Below are positions 1 through 12,460 of a DNA stretch of 64,000 nucleotides, piece after piece (the first letter of the stretch is position 1; each line of letters starts with the position of its first letter). The notes under the pieces are model-generated. The model was given only the letters and a program-made list of their open reading frames with translations, was not told the origin of the DNA and made no database searches. This DNA is from Octopus vulgaris (taxonomy: Eukaryota). The translations under genes and the position numbers were made by a program. The stretch covers positions 37,758,001-37,822,000 of the forward strand of contig OX597836.1 in NCBI GenBank assembly GCA_951406725.2, written 5' to 3'.

Positions 1-268
1 ATATGAGTCCCGAAAGACCGATGAATAAGACAACACAGCTCATTTCATTATTTCGTTTAGTACGCTACACTGCTTTATGGTGTGTATCTTAACATTTACT
101 TACGTATTTTAATATGATTCTATATGCTTTTATTCTTATTTATTATACAGTAACATGATTTTATGCGTTTTTAACAGTTTTCTAGTGATTTTATGATTCC
201 AATATCTGTGGCAGACAGACGTAAAGTCGGGGAAAATGACTTAACTTGATTTTTATTTTTCTATATAA

Positions 269-677
269 GCGCAAGAGTGGCTGTGTGGCAAGTAGCTTGC
301 TTACCAACAACATGGTTCTGGGTTCAGTCTCACTGCGTGTCACCTTGGGCAAGTGTCGTCTACTATAGCCTCGGGCCGACCAAAGCCTTGAGTGGATTTG
401 GTAGACAGAAAATGAAAGAAACCCGTCGTATATGAGTATATGTATATGTATGTGTGTGTATATGTTTGTGCGTCTGTGTTTGTCTCCCCCCCAACATCGA
501 TTGACAATCGATGCTAGTGTGTTTACGTCCCCGTAACCTAGTGGTTCGGCAAAAGAGAGCGATATAATAAGTACTAGGCTTACAAAGAAGAAGTCCTGGG
601 GTCGATTTGCTCGACTAAAGGCGATGCTCCAGCATGGCCGCAGTCAAATGACTGAAACAAGTTAAAGAGTAAAAGAG
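269..677 (+). mobile_element. tRNA-derived SINE type A (bipartite, internal microsatellite), full length
   Basis: tRNA-like head (GTGGCTGTGTGG..., GGTTCAGTC), CCTTGGGCAAGTGTC, GGATTTGGTAGAC-GAAA domain, internal (TA/TG)n, GTAAAAGA tail; more than 10 related copies in window. Confidence 0.9.
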
Positions 678-1013
678 CATATATTACTTTTGAAAACCGA
701 CGTATAATCGAGAACAACTTAAATCGAAACGACTTAAGCCGGGGCATGCCCGTATATTCAAAATGACTGATACAGAAGCTTTATTTATACTCCGTCTTCC
801 GTATCAACCATTTAGAATATACTCAACGTGCACCTAGGAATTCGTTAAGTAGATCCAGCGACAAAAGCGCAGTACCGCGGATGGCACATGGTAGCTTATA
901 AATTGGTGAACGTGCTCCGCAGGCAATTACCAGAAACAAGGTTTGGATACTGTATTTTAATGCCTCCTATCTAAACCTTCATTTTTATTTTAAATATAAC
1001 TTATATATGTAGA

Positions 1014-1433
1014 GGCGGCGAGCTGGCAGAAACGTTAGCGCGCCGGGCGAAATGCGTAGTCGTATTTCGTCTGTCGTTAAGTTCTGAGTTCAAATTCCGC
1101 CGAGGTCGACTCTGCCTTTCATCCTTTCGGGGTCGATAAATTAAGTACCAGTTACGCACTGGGGTCGATGTAATCGACTTAATCCGTTTGTCTGTCCTTG
1201 TTTGTCTCCTCTATGTTTAGCCCCTTGTGGGAAATAAAGAAATAGAAATAGGTATTTCGTCTGTCGTTACGTTCTGAGTTCAAATTCCGCCGAGGTCGAC
1301 TTTGCCTTTCATCCTTTCGGGATAGATAAATTAAGTAACAGTTTCGCACTGGGTCGATGTAATCGACTTAATACTCATGTCTGTCCTTGTTTGTCCCCTC
1401 TATGTTTAGCCCCTTTTGGGTAGTAAAGAAATA
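1014..1433 (+). mobile_element. SINE type B (Nin/Deu-like domain) followed by a partial tandem duplicate (~1250-1433)
   Basis: GGCGGCGAGCTGGCAGAA head, GAGTTCAAATTCC B box, GCCTTTCATCCTTTCGGGGTCGATAAATTAAGTACCAG domain; 3' part repeated. Confidence 0.9.
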
Positions 1434-1443
1434 TATAACTTAA

Positions 1444-1483
<40 letters not shown>

Positions 1484-2297
1484 GTATGTGTGTACACATA
1501 TATTTGAGAGAGAGAGAGAGACGAAAATAGCTTTGAAACAATTAGATAATTGGAGGAGTAGCGCAATCTCCTCTAAATAAATTACTGGCTCGAAAATTAA
1601 AAAGCCCTATCATAAAGGATCTAAATCTAATTAAATATGTTCAGTGCATTCTCTCCCACCTTATTAAATTAAACATATGGTTGTACATGCCTATTTGCAA
1701 GCGTTTGTTCAAACACGATTCTGAGAAACGTCGAAGCATATTCGTTACGCAGATATTGCTTTAAAATTTCATCTGGGGAAGCAAATATCATAAGAAACCC
1801 AGCAGGGCTCCGATTTAATCAATTTCACATCACTTTATAACAATAATTGTAAGTCTTGTTGGAGTTAACCTTAAATTATTGAATTATTTAAAAAAAAATC
1901 TGCTGCTGTTTGCAGTAATATCATTTATTTAATTATTTTATAATTTTATTATTTTCTTTTTTAACTGTCAGTATTTATGAATTCACTGGTTTTTATAATC
2001 ACTTAAAACAATTTCAAGGAAATTAGACATATGCTGATGTCATAGAAAGACCATACAGGATCAAAAGGGAGAAGAAGAAGCACAATATAAGCCGGAAACA
2101 TCTTTTCAAATAAACTTCCTTCGTGTATAATTGAATTTTGACAAAACTGACTTTCGCTATAATATTTGTTGTAATTAGTATTTAATTAATAATTGTCGTA
2201 TATTTCGTTTTAACACATCCTATACGTTCAATTGTTCGTTCCATTTACACTCCGATAAGAATACATTGTCATTATCAAAGATAGGAGCACCATATTA

Positions 2298-2480
2298 AGG
2301 CGAGCTGGTAGACTTATTAGCATGCCGGACAAAATGCTTAGCGACATTCCGTCCGTCTTTATGTTCTAAGCCGAGGTCGACTTTGCTTTTCATCCTTTCG
2401 GAGTTGTAAAAATAAGTACTTTTTGAGTACTGGAGTTTCTATGAAACTGCTGGCCTTGTGCCAAAATTTGAAATCGATAT
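2298..2480 (+). mobile_element. Diverged SINE type B
   Basis: GGCGAGCTGG...CCGAGGTCGACTTTGCTTTTCATCCTTTCG. Confidence 0.75.
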
Positions 2481-2814
2481 TAATACATTGTCAACTTAAG
2501 AAAAATATATTGAACTTGACTATAGTGTTTATGGTACTTTTGTCTCCCAACATACCCGCAGTACCATAACTGAGACCAGTAAAATAATAATAAATACAAT
2601 TTGAAACAAAATGCAATATTTGTAATAAATACCAAGTCATCTTTTACCTGTGTGCAGCCATACTGAGACGCTGACTTGAAGAATGAATCGATCGCAGTAC
2701 ATTTTTTTAAAGTCTGATACTTATTTTATCAATCCATTTTGCCGAACTGCTGTCAAGTGATGGTAGTTGGACAAACACATACAAACACATACACACACAC
2801 ACACATACACACAT

Positions 2815-2846
<32 letters not shown>

Positions 2847-2854
2847 ATATATAT

Positions 2855-3163
2855 GTTTCTGTATTCCATTATTGTTTTTTGTTTTTTTTTTATATCTGTC
2901 CCTTTTGCTGTCCTGGTGTTCGTATGCATTCGATCCTTCTTCCAGGAAATCTACGCTTCCAGCTTAGTTTTTCTAATGCTCGTTGCTTAGTTTTTCTTGG
3001 AGGGCTGGCCGTGATCTAGTAATCTCAAGATTAATCAGCCGAAATTACTACGATGATCCGGTTCTTGACTGAAGACTGAGGGTTTCGAATGTCCTGTCCG
3101 TGTTTATTGTATCGTCTTCTAAGAGTTATACGTTCTTGTCCATGTTGTATTTTTCTACATACC

Positions 3164-3165
<2 letters not shown>
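2855..3165 (+). mobile_element. (TA)n-embedded repeat, probable PLE terminal-repeat fragment; related partial copy at ~22658-22800
   Basis: Flanked by (TA)n; TCAGCCGAAATTAC..GAT.ATC.GGT.CT.GACTGA segment recurs at 22658. Confidence 0.5.
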
Positions 3166-3233
<68 letters not shown>

Positions 3234-3237
<4 letters not shown>

Positions 3238-3448
3238 CACATGGCCTAGTGGTTAGAGCAGCGGACTCGCGGTCGAGAGATCGCGTGTTCGAATCTCAGA
3301 CCGGACGATGTGTGTGTTTGTGAGCTAAACACCTAAGCTCCATGCGGCTCCGGCAGAAGGTAATGGCGAATTTCTGCTGAGTCTATCTCCACAACTTTCT
3401 ATCACTCTTTCCTCCTGCATCTTGCAGTTCACCTGCGACGGACCGGCA
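3234..3448 (+). mobile_element. SINE type C (tRNA-like head), 3'-truncated
   Basis: TGGCCTAGTGGTTAGAGCAGCGGACTCGCGGTC...GTTCGAATC; matches minus-strand copies at 11922, 18378, 32310, 38345. Confidence 0.85.
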
Positions 3449-3459
3449 TATATATTTTA

Positions 3460-4112
3460 TGAACTTTTGCGTGTGTGTAAGTGTGGATAGGGGCTGGTGA
3501 CTTTGACGTGTGGATGTGTGCGTGTGAGTGTGCGTCTGTAATGTGTGGATACTGGGAAGTGGTCAGTGCTAGTGAGCGTGGAGAGATGTCGGGGTGGTGT
3601 GATGGTGGTGCGATGTGGTGTAGTGGTACGGTGGTGTGGGTTTGGGGTGAGAATGTGGGGTGGGTGATGATGAGGGGTGGGGTGAGGATGTGGGGGTAAG
3701 GTGTGTGGGGGGGGGGGGGGTGAGGGTATATGGAGGGGTATCAATGAAGGGAGAAGGTGGGTAGGAGTGAAGAGAGGAAGTAGGTTTCAGGGTAAGAGAG
3801 GAGAGGTGGGTAGGAGTGAAGACAGGAAGCAGTTGTCAGATGAAGAGGGGAGGGGAGTTGATCCCGTGTGAGCAAAGCAGCGAAGAGAAAAGATTAATTC
3901 CTGTTCACGGTGAAGGCGGGAGTTCGTATGGCCCTGTTCAAACAAAATCCGAGGAATATTGTCTTTGATGAAGGGTCGTTGTTTATGTTTCTTGTCTTGT
4001 TTTCCATTTGTTTCTCCCGTTGTTCGCATACTCAGGCTGGTCTTCATATTTTATGCTGTTTTCGTATTTCATTTCATATTGTTTACGTTTTGTGACGTCC
4101 TGTACCCATATA
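3460..4112 (-). mobile_element. Penelope-like element remnant (end of GIY-YIG endonuclease plus pyrimidine-rich tail)
   Basis: Minus strand ~3857-3935 reads SRLHREQELIFSLRCFA then HGIN after a 1-nt frameshift, matching the PLE endonuclease C-terminal R..RE..LI..L....P.G.N pattern; end motif CCTGTACCCATATATGCAT shared with ~47135-47155 (minus). Confidence 0.65.
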
Positions 4113-4529
4113 TGCATATATATATATATATATATATACATACATACATGCATGCATGCATGCATGCATGCATATGTATGTAATATGTATATATTATTTA
4201 TATTATTATATCATTGAACGCCACGCATCTATTTCCAAGTAAGTGTATATATATATATGAGTGTAAATGTGCGCACACACACACACACACACAGATATAT
4301 ATAATTCAGCTACTTGATGATATGGGTTATGTATATTAAGAAATTCTGCTCAATGTGAAATCTGTCTCTTAGCTGAAAAGAAATAAACCTAACGGCAATT
4401 GCTGTGGACTCACAGAGAAAAAAGAGATGTTTTCAAAGCATTGAGAATGTGTGCTCATGTTTAAAGACATCTGTTCTTCGTTAGCTAACAAGGCAACAGC
4501 ATACGTTTTACTCTTACTACATATTCTCA

Positions 4530-5000
4530 AGGCGACGAGCAGGCAGAATAGTTATCGCATTGGACAAAATGTTCAGCAGCCTTCTTTCCGGCTCTTTGCT
4601 TTCTGAGCTCAAATTCTGCCGAGGTTGACTTTACCTTTCATCCTTTCGTAGTCGATAAAATGAGTACCAGTTGAGCTCTGGAATCGATATAAATTTCTTT
4701 ACTACCCACAAGGGACTAAACACAGAGAGGACAAACAAGGATAGACAAACGGATTAAGTCGATTTTATCGACTTCAGTGCGTAAATGGTACTTATTTAAT
4801 CGACCCCGAAATGATGAAAGGCAAAGTCTACCTCGGCGGAATTTGAACTCAGAACGTAGCGGCAGACGAAATACTGCTAAGCATTCCGCCCGGCGTGCTA
4901 ACGATTCTGCCAGCTCGCCGCCTTTCTGGAATCGATATAGTCGACTAGACTCCCTCCCCCACGAAACTTCAGGCTTTGTACTTATAGTGGAAACGATTAT
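4530..5000 (+). mobile_element. Older SINE type B interrupted by a younger antisense copy
   Basis: Homology continues on both sides of the insertion. Confidence 0.75.
4692..4924 (-). mobile_element. SINE type B with 15-bp TSD
   Basis: TCTGGAATCGATATA at 4677-4691 and 4925-4939. Confidence 0.9.
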
Positions 5001-5349
5001 TATTGTTGCTCTTAATTTAAATACCGTCAAAGCTTGGACTTTGATTTTTGTTGGGGTTTTTTCGCATTATTTTTTTCGATTTCGCTAATGCTTTCGTGAT
5101 AGATACAATAGCTACCATATGAACACTGGTTTCGATATTATAGATTTACTCTCCCTCTTAAAATTGCTGCACTTTTGCCAAAATTAGACAGAATCATTAC
5201 ACATCATCAGTAAAGAGCAGTCTTCTGAAAACTGCCTAGATCTTTGGTTAACTGAAAAAGAAAGGTCACAAGTAGAAATTTGCATAACATCTACATCTAA
5301 ACTCATGCCATTGACCCACGTAAGTTATTTCCCTCAGCTTACTCTGTAA

Positions 5350-5717
5350 TCTCTCTAAATATAAACGGCAAAATGTCTGTCTGTGTGTGTGTCCTTAATA
5401 CAAATCCAGTTTTTCAGTTAGAGGGCTCGCACTTTCTATGGTCATTCAAAACCGTCCAAGGGTGGTCGTGTACATCTTTACATTTCCCCAGTCACCCCGC
5501 AAAGCCATTAAAAAATCAATAGATATGACTGTTTTGTGAAATTTCTATCCAAAACCCAATCGAAATGCCCGAAACTTGATACGCCAATTGAATGCCAGCT
5601 AGCTGTATGTGATTGGTCAGAGATTTGGACAGTACTCGCGTGTGTGCGCACGCACGCACGCAGCTGTATATGCATGCACTAGCACTATGACCCGGTGTTG
5701 CCGGGTCATAGTGCTAG
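5350..5717 (+). mobile_element. Non-autonomous Helitron-like element
   Basis: 5' A|TC start, GTCT/GT microsatellite near the 5' end, 18-bp perfect hairpin 5678-5718 ending CTAG|T. Confidence 0.75.
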
Positions 5718-6616
5718 TTATGTATAAATGAGTACAACTTTCGCTAATGTATATTGGCGGATTTAAACTCTGTTTAAATTACGTGTTTTTCAAACTAGGT
5801 CCCTTTTGATATTTGTTGTATACTAAGTTTGAGATACTCTCTCGCCACTGGCTGTTAAAATTGTAGTGAGCTAGGACTTGGTCTGTCGTAAACCTGTTAT
5901 CAACAATGTTATTGTTTACAATTTGTCATACAAAAAAGTAAAGAAACAAAAATTTTTCTGGAAAATATTTAAATGCAAAATACATCTCTGTAATGGAGGC
6001 TCTAAATGGTCTCTTGGCCTGTTAGAAATAGCCGCCGAGTCCTTCTGAAATCCATCACCTACTATCTTAAAATAAGATAAATGTATTGAATAAGATAATT
6101 CTGGATAAACTATATTTGGAAGAAAATAAGAATATAGGCATGGGTGGAATGCCTTTCATTGTAGATAAGCTCGATCAGGGAAGATCTGGTGGGTGTACAC
6201 AACAACAATAACATCTCCCTGGAAGAATGTCTAAGATTTGCAGAGGATAATTTCTAAGAAAACAGCAGTAAAAGAGTAAAAAACATTTTCTTCATCAAAC
6301 ATTTTAATTTCCTGCTGAAAATTACTGATGAGATAAGTAAAAAGATATAAAAATTTCAGAAGCAAATATTTGCTAGACAGAGAAATGTTGGGTTTATTTG
6401 TTAGATGAAAAGATTACCAAGAATTTGTAAAATATTTTAAGATGACACAGAATAAAATATTGTTTATATTTCTTTCTGCTTTTCCTTCATTTTCTTTTAT
6501 TTCATATATTTCCTTTACTGTTAAGTTATCATGAAGAGTAAGCCTAGTAACAGTGTTGAACTGCAAAAATTTGAATAAATATCCTTACAGTTCGTGATAA
6601 CCCTGTTATATATATA

Positions 6617-6834
6617 TATTTCTTTATATCCCACAGGGAGCTAAACACAGAGGGGACAAAGGGCTTAAGACGGTTACATCGACCCCAGTGCGTAACTGCT
6701 ACTTAATTTATCGACCCCGAAAGGATGAAAGGCAAAGTCGACCTCGGCGGAATTTGAACTCAGAACGTAACGGCAGCCGAAATACCGCTAAGCATTTCGC
6801 CCAACGTACTAACGATTCTTCCAGCTCGCCGCCC
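6617..6834 (-). mobile_element. SINE type B
   Basis: Family match; flanking direct repeat CCCTGTTATATATATA at 6601 and 6840. Confidence 0.9.
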
Positions 6835-6845
6835 TATATCCCTGT

Positions 6846-6902
<57 letters not shown>

Positions 6903-7332
6903 GTATATCTATGCATGAATATAAGTGTGTGTGCATGTGTGTGTGTGTAAAATGTAAGGATCAAGTCTATATAAGATTTATCAAGTAGCCAGCGTGGAAA
7001 ACCAATTTAGAAAAAAATTAATATAAAATATATAATTTTGTTCTTTAAATATAAAATACATCGATTATATTAAGGAATATTATTATAAGTAATGCCACAT
7101 GCTGCAATGAGACGCTAAAAGTCAAACTACTTCAATAAATGTACACAGGCACCGAAAGCAGGGAAGTTAACATAGAAGAAGTTCCTTTTAAATAATTGGT
7201 TTAGTCGCATATCATTAATGATTTCATGGTCAGCACGTATAATTTGCTCAGCAATCATCAGTGCAACATAACCAGAAAATAAAAATCTAAACATCTCTAC
7301 ATACCAAGCGAACAACAACGCATCCAGCAGAG

Positions 7333-7408
<76 letters not shown>

Positions 7409-7412
<4 letters not shown>

Positions 7413-7603
7413 ATCCAAACAAAAAAACACAACAACGCGAGGACGTGGAACAAATATAGTATTATTGGACGCTCAGAAAAGAAGGAAAGAAGGAGGGTTT
7501 AGCGTTTCGAGCGGAGCTCTTCGTCGGAAACATAGGAGAAGGAAAGATCCAGAGAAGGGAAGACAGAGGAAAAAATCGTCAACGGTACACACGAGGTCAC
7601 ATT

Positions 7604-7608
<5 letters not shown>
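7409..7608 (-). mobile_element. ~200-bp (TA)n-inserted PLE-like element with hammerhead-like motif (7497-7531)
   Basis: (TA)n on both sides; minus strand GTTT-CCGACGA-A-GAGC-TCC-GCTC-GAAA-CG-CT-AAAC. Confidence 0.65.
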
Positions 7609-7647
<39 letters not shown>

Positions 7648-7848
7648 CTTTTATTCTTTTGTTACGTGTTTCAGACATTTAACTGCAACCACGCTGGAGC
7701 ACCGCCTTAAAGGGTTTTAGCTGAAGAAATCTACCCCATGATTTATTCTTTCTAAGTTTAGTACTTATTTTGTCGGTCTCTTTTTTCCGAACCGCTACAT
7801 TACGGAGACATAAAAACACCGATATTGGTTATCAAAGACACACACATT

Positions 7849-7896
<48 letters not shown>

Positions 7897-7960
7897 TGCC
7901 ACACAGTAAGACTCAACCTGGAACCATGTAGGTATGCATGTATGAATGTATGTATGTATG

Positions 7961-9213
7961 TAAGATATTTGATGGCAGATTTATATTTATAAAAAAAAAC
8001 ATATATAATAACAGATAATAGTTATTTTTATCAAAAATTGCTATGAGGATAAAAATAAACCACTTTTTCTATAATGTTATTCAATAAAGCCACCCTCAGT
8101 TTCAACAACTGCTTCTATATGAGATCTAAATCATCTACATGCTCGAATCGAGAGGTCCTGGTGCATTTTGGACTTTACTCTGACTATGGCAGCTTTCAAA
8201 GAATCTTTGGTGTTAAGGGCATGTTCATTGACCTCTCTCTCTCAACAACGGTTTACATGTAATAGTCCAATGGATTGAGATCTGGGGAATTAGGAGGCCA
8301 AATATTTAGGGTTATGTGATAATGAAAATTTTCAGCCATCCATTTCTGTTACTAGAGCCAAGTGTGATAGTGCAGAGTCTTACTGAAACAAATATGGCCT
8401 TCCATTGCATACACTGTCTATCCAGGGCTTAACAATTATTTCCAGGATCTCAATGTAGGCGGCAGGGTTAATTCTAAGGTCATATGGAAAGAAGTAAGGA
8501 GGCCTCACATGTCTTTCATTGCTGGCAACTCCTAAAACCTTGACAGTTGCAGAAAATTTTGTATGTATAGCACTTGGTACTTCAGAAGGGTCTGCACATA
8601 ACCATCTGCCATTTTCTTCTGCTAACTTTTTGATCTTGGTCGAAGTTTTTCTCGTTTGTGAAAAACCAAATCAAATCTTCTGCTGGATTTTTCAATTTGT
8701 TTAAGAGTCTTTTAGATCTGTTGTAGTGATTTTGTTTTGCTTTTTCTGACATAAATTGACTTTTCCTCATCATATAAGAGTTATATCTGATGTCTTCGTG
8801 GACAATATTTCTGATTGTTCCTTCTGACACCTGGAGATCTTTCGCAATTGATATCATGGGCGTTCTGGGATTGTAATCAATAGTCTGTTGAACTTTCTGG
8901 AAAAATTCACGTATTCTGATGATTTCAGAGCGTTTAGAATGCTTATAATTCTTTGATACTGGTGATACGTTTCCATCTTCAGTCTCTAACTCCTTACGAA
9001 CTTTGTAGACGAAAGAACTGACAACTTTTATAAATCAAGATATTACCAAATCGCTATGCTCAGCCTTTATGACGACAATAACAACATGCCTTTTTCTTGA
9101 GTAAGGTGGGGGGGGGGTCTGCCATCATTATTTTCTGAAAAAAAGATTATACAGTGTTAGCAAAAACTGCTGCAATAACCAAAAAAGGTGTCCTCAAATA
9201 CCTTACTCAACCT
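7961..9213 (-). mobile_element. Decayed Tc1/mariner-superfamily transposon (DD37D/maT-like)
   Basis: ORF 8582-8857 has HTH-like IAKDLQVSEGTIRNIVHEDI and FFTNEKNF (FSDEK-like); IWPPNSPDLNPLDYY at ~8258-8302; multiple frame disruptions; ends approximate. Confidence 0.85.
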
Positions 9214-9293
9214 GTATATATGTGTGTGTGGTGTGTGTGTATTCATATATACATATATTTATATATACATAAATTATATATATATTATATGTA

Positions 9294-9338
<45 letters not shown>

Positions 9339-9520
9339 AGATAAGAAAATGGAGAAATGTGGTAAATCATTTTACCTTTGCCCATATAATACCGTAAATG
9401 AATTGATTGCATCGCAATCATTAACATTTATGTATTAACTTTGTTGGGTACTTCACTAGCAGTATATTGGATATATGTTATCCTATGGAGGGTTGCATTT
9501 ACAACCCCTATCTCAATTTG

Positions 9521-9569
<49 letters not shown>

Positions 9570-10026
9570 CGCACATATTATCTATCTATATACATATGAC
9601 TCTATGAAAGTTAATTAGAGAAACTTCTACGCTAAAGAATACTTTGGAAATATTCTCTCTACTACAAGAAGAAGGCCAACAATTTTAGGAAGCAACTCGT
9701 CGAATACATCAACTCTAGTACTCAACAAATATTTGTTTCATCGACCTCGAAAGAATGAAAAAGTAAGGTGGATCAATGAGGAATTTGAACTTTAATTATA
9801 AATCCAGGGAATTGGTGTTAACACATTTTATCCGGAAGGCTAATGGTTCTACCAGGTCGTCGTCTTGCATAGCTTAGCGGTATAAGTTTAACAAAATGTA
9901 AGCATAGTTCAAAATTGTTGCGGTTGTTGCTGCTGTTGTTGTTGTTGTTGTTGTTGTTACTAAGCAACAAGACGAGTAAGGGTGATGAGGTGATGGTCTA
10001 GGGCTTAGGGGCGGGAGACCCCAGAC

Positions 10027-10168
10027 CTTGAAAAAAAACTTTGGTCGTCTTGTTGTAGTCGAGGGCTCTTCGTTGACGCAAGTCGCTGGAAATGGAGATC
10101 TCCAGGTTCGAATTCTTGAACGGCTGTTGCTGCTGCTGTGTCCTGCTACTTCTGTTGTTGTTTAACAT
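10027..10168 (-). CDS. Weak candidate first coding exon (MLNNNRSSRTQQQQQPFKNSNLEISISSDLRQRRALDYNKTTKVFFQ...)
   Basis: Unique, CpG-richer sequence; AAAATG start context; possible CAAG|GTCTGG donor; no recognisable homology. Confidence 0.2.
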
Positions 10169-10405
10169 TTTGAAATCTTATTGAACACTCTAATGATCAA
10201 AAGTATTCAATCATAGTCATACTCTTCTTCTGAACATAGTATTCCTGGACTGTATTAACCTGTTATCCAATGTAAGCTATTTTTAAGACAGTAGAGTAGA
10301 GTTTCCCTATCGGCAATTCTTGAGTTCTGCAAGAGATTGCTTATGGTTCCACGAGAAATTGTGATAAACAGGCTAATTATATGAAAATAACAAGAGGTAA
10401 CTATA

Positions 10406-10812
10406 GGCGTAGGAGTGGCTGTGTGGTAAGTAGCTTGTTTACCAACCACATGGTTCCGGGTTCAGTCCCACTGCGTGGCGACTTGGGCAAGTGTCTTCTA
10501 CTATAGCCTCGGGCCGACCAAAGGCTTGTGAGTGGATTTGGTAGACAGAAACTGAAAGAAATCCGTCGTATATATATGTATGTATATATGTATGTGTGTG
10601 TGTGTGTGTCTGTGTTTGTCCCCCCCAACATCGCTTGACAACCGATGGTGGTGTGTTTACGTCCCCGTAACTTAGCGGTTCGGCAAAAAGAGACCGATAG
10701 AATAAGTACTAGGCTTACAAAGAATAAGTCCTGTGGTCGATTTGCTCGACTAAAGGCGGTGCTCCAGCATGGCCACAGTCAAATGACTGAAACAAGTAAT
10801 AGAGTAATAGAG
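10406..10812 (+). mobile_element. SINE type A, full length
   Basis: Family match over the whole length. Confidence 0.92.
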
Positions 10813-11921
10813 AGAGAAACTAGAAACGAGGATTCTGTCTCTGGAGTCTGTTGAATACGTGGAGAATGGTTATTCCTTTAACCTTACATAGCATTTTCAG
10901 AAATCATTAAATACTTTAGATCATGTATCGAATCACCGCCGCCACCAGCAACCAGATGTGACACGTACCATAAATTTCCCACTAAAAATAAGGTTTAAAA
11001 GAATATTAGAAGCGGAGAATGTGAAATAAGAATAAACCTAACCACACAAAGTTAAAGATATCCATTTCTCTACGTTTGCTTAAGTAGAATTTCACAGAAT
11101 GCTGATCAACAAAGTAAATGAAATATGAACAGCCCTGTGTAGTTAAAATGATATTCGCTTTCCTTCTCGACTAGAAGGGCAGAGGCAAAAAGGAAGTCTT
11201 TGAAAATGTAAATTTGTATTTTTTTTTTTGCCTTGATTTAATTCTTCTCCTGTTACTCTTGTTTTTTTGTTGTTGTTTTTTTCGTGGGTACCCTTTTCTT
11301 TAATCTAGCCTAAAACGTTTAATAACTTAAACAACAAATGAAAATTAATGGACCAGTTGCATTGTTTTTATTTATAATTAATAATTAGTTAACAAGAGAA
11401 AACTACAGACTGGGATTATCATGCTACGAATGCCCACGTCAGGGAGGGGGATTTGGTGCATGAACCAATACTTGTTCTTGAGAGAAAGTGAGGAAAGAAA
11501 GAAAGAAAGAAAGAATTGAACTTCAGCGATAAACATATTACTTTTTAATACTTATAACATCCTTTAAAGGAATGTTTCAGTAACAATTTACGGTCGTTTT
11601 AAATGTACATTATGAATAAACATACGCATTATATTCAAAACACACACAATCGTATGAAAGTAATTTGGAAGTTTATGTGTACATTATTAAAAGTACTGCC
11701 GAAATTGAATTCCCAGACGGAGCTCAAATAGCTCAAGGTTAAGATGGGTTGTGGCGTTACTTTCATTTTTCTATCTTTGGACTACTCTCAGGTATCAAAC
11801 TTTCCTATGAATTATAAAGTACATACTGTCCTGTTTCGGTCAGTTTTGTTTGGGCTTTCTGGTGGGTAGCTATACAACTCCATTCACTCATGTTATTTTC
11901 TATTTATTATTATTTATTTAA

Positions 11922-12223
11922 GTGCCCCTTTTCAAGCCTAGCCAGGCTCATGGGCCCGGTTTCCCGGTTTCTGTGGCGTATGTGTTCCCCCTAGCTGCAC
12001 GGGATGCCAGTCCATCGCAGCGTTACTCAAGAAACAGGAAGAAGGAGTGAGAGAAAGTTGGGGCGAAAGAGTACAACAGGAGTCGCCACCATCCCCTGCC
12101 GGAGTCTCGTGGAGCTTTAGGTGTTTTCGCTCAATAAACACACACAACGCCCGGTCTGGGGATCGAAACCGCGATCCTCCGACCGCGAGTCCGCTGCCCT
12201 AACCACTGGGCCATTGTGCCTCC
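11922..12223 (-). mobile_element. SINE type C head with V-domain-like tail
   Basis: Head as at 3234; tail CTGCGATGGACTGGCATCCCGT...CCATGAGCCTGGCTAGGCTT shared with 51065-51170. Confidence 0.88.
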
Positions 12224-12460
12224 TGTTTTCTATTTAGTTACTTTTTATGCGGCTATGCTGGAGCATCACCTTCAATAATGTTTAATCGGATGTATTACGC
12301 GTAGTGCTTATGCCTTTTAAGCCTGGTACTTATATATCTATATGTCCTTTTTGCTGAACCACTAAGTCACGGGGACGTAAGCACGCCAACATCGTTTATC
12401 AAACTGTGGTGGGGGAAAAAACACAGACACAAACACACGCAAACACACACACATATATAT

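Noticed and set aside
3234-3310. tRNA-like sequences
   Set aside because: They are SINE heads continuous with SINE bodies; no clean acceptor stem.
4777-5088. Recurrent peptides such as MRKWYLFNRPRNDERQS.. and ..YQIHSQGFGRP..
   Set aside because: Translations of SINE copies, not a gene family.
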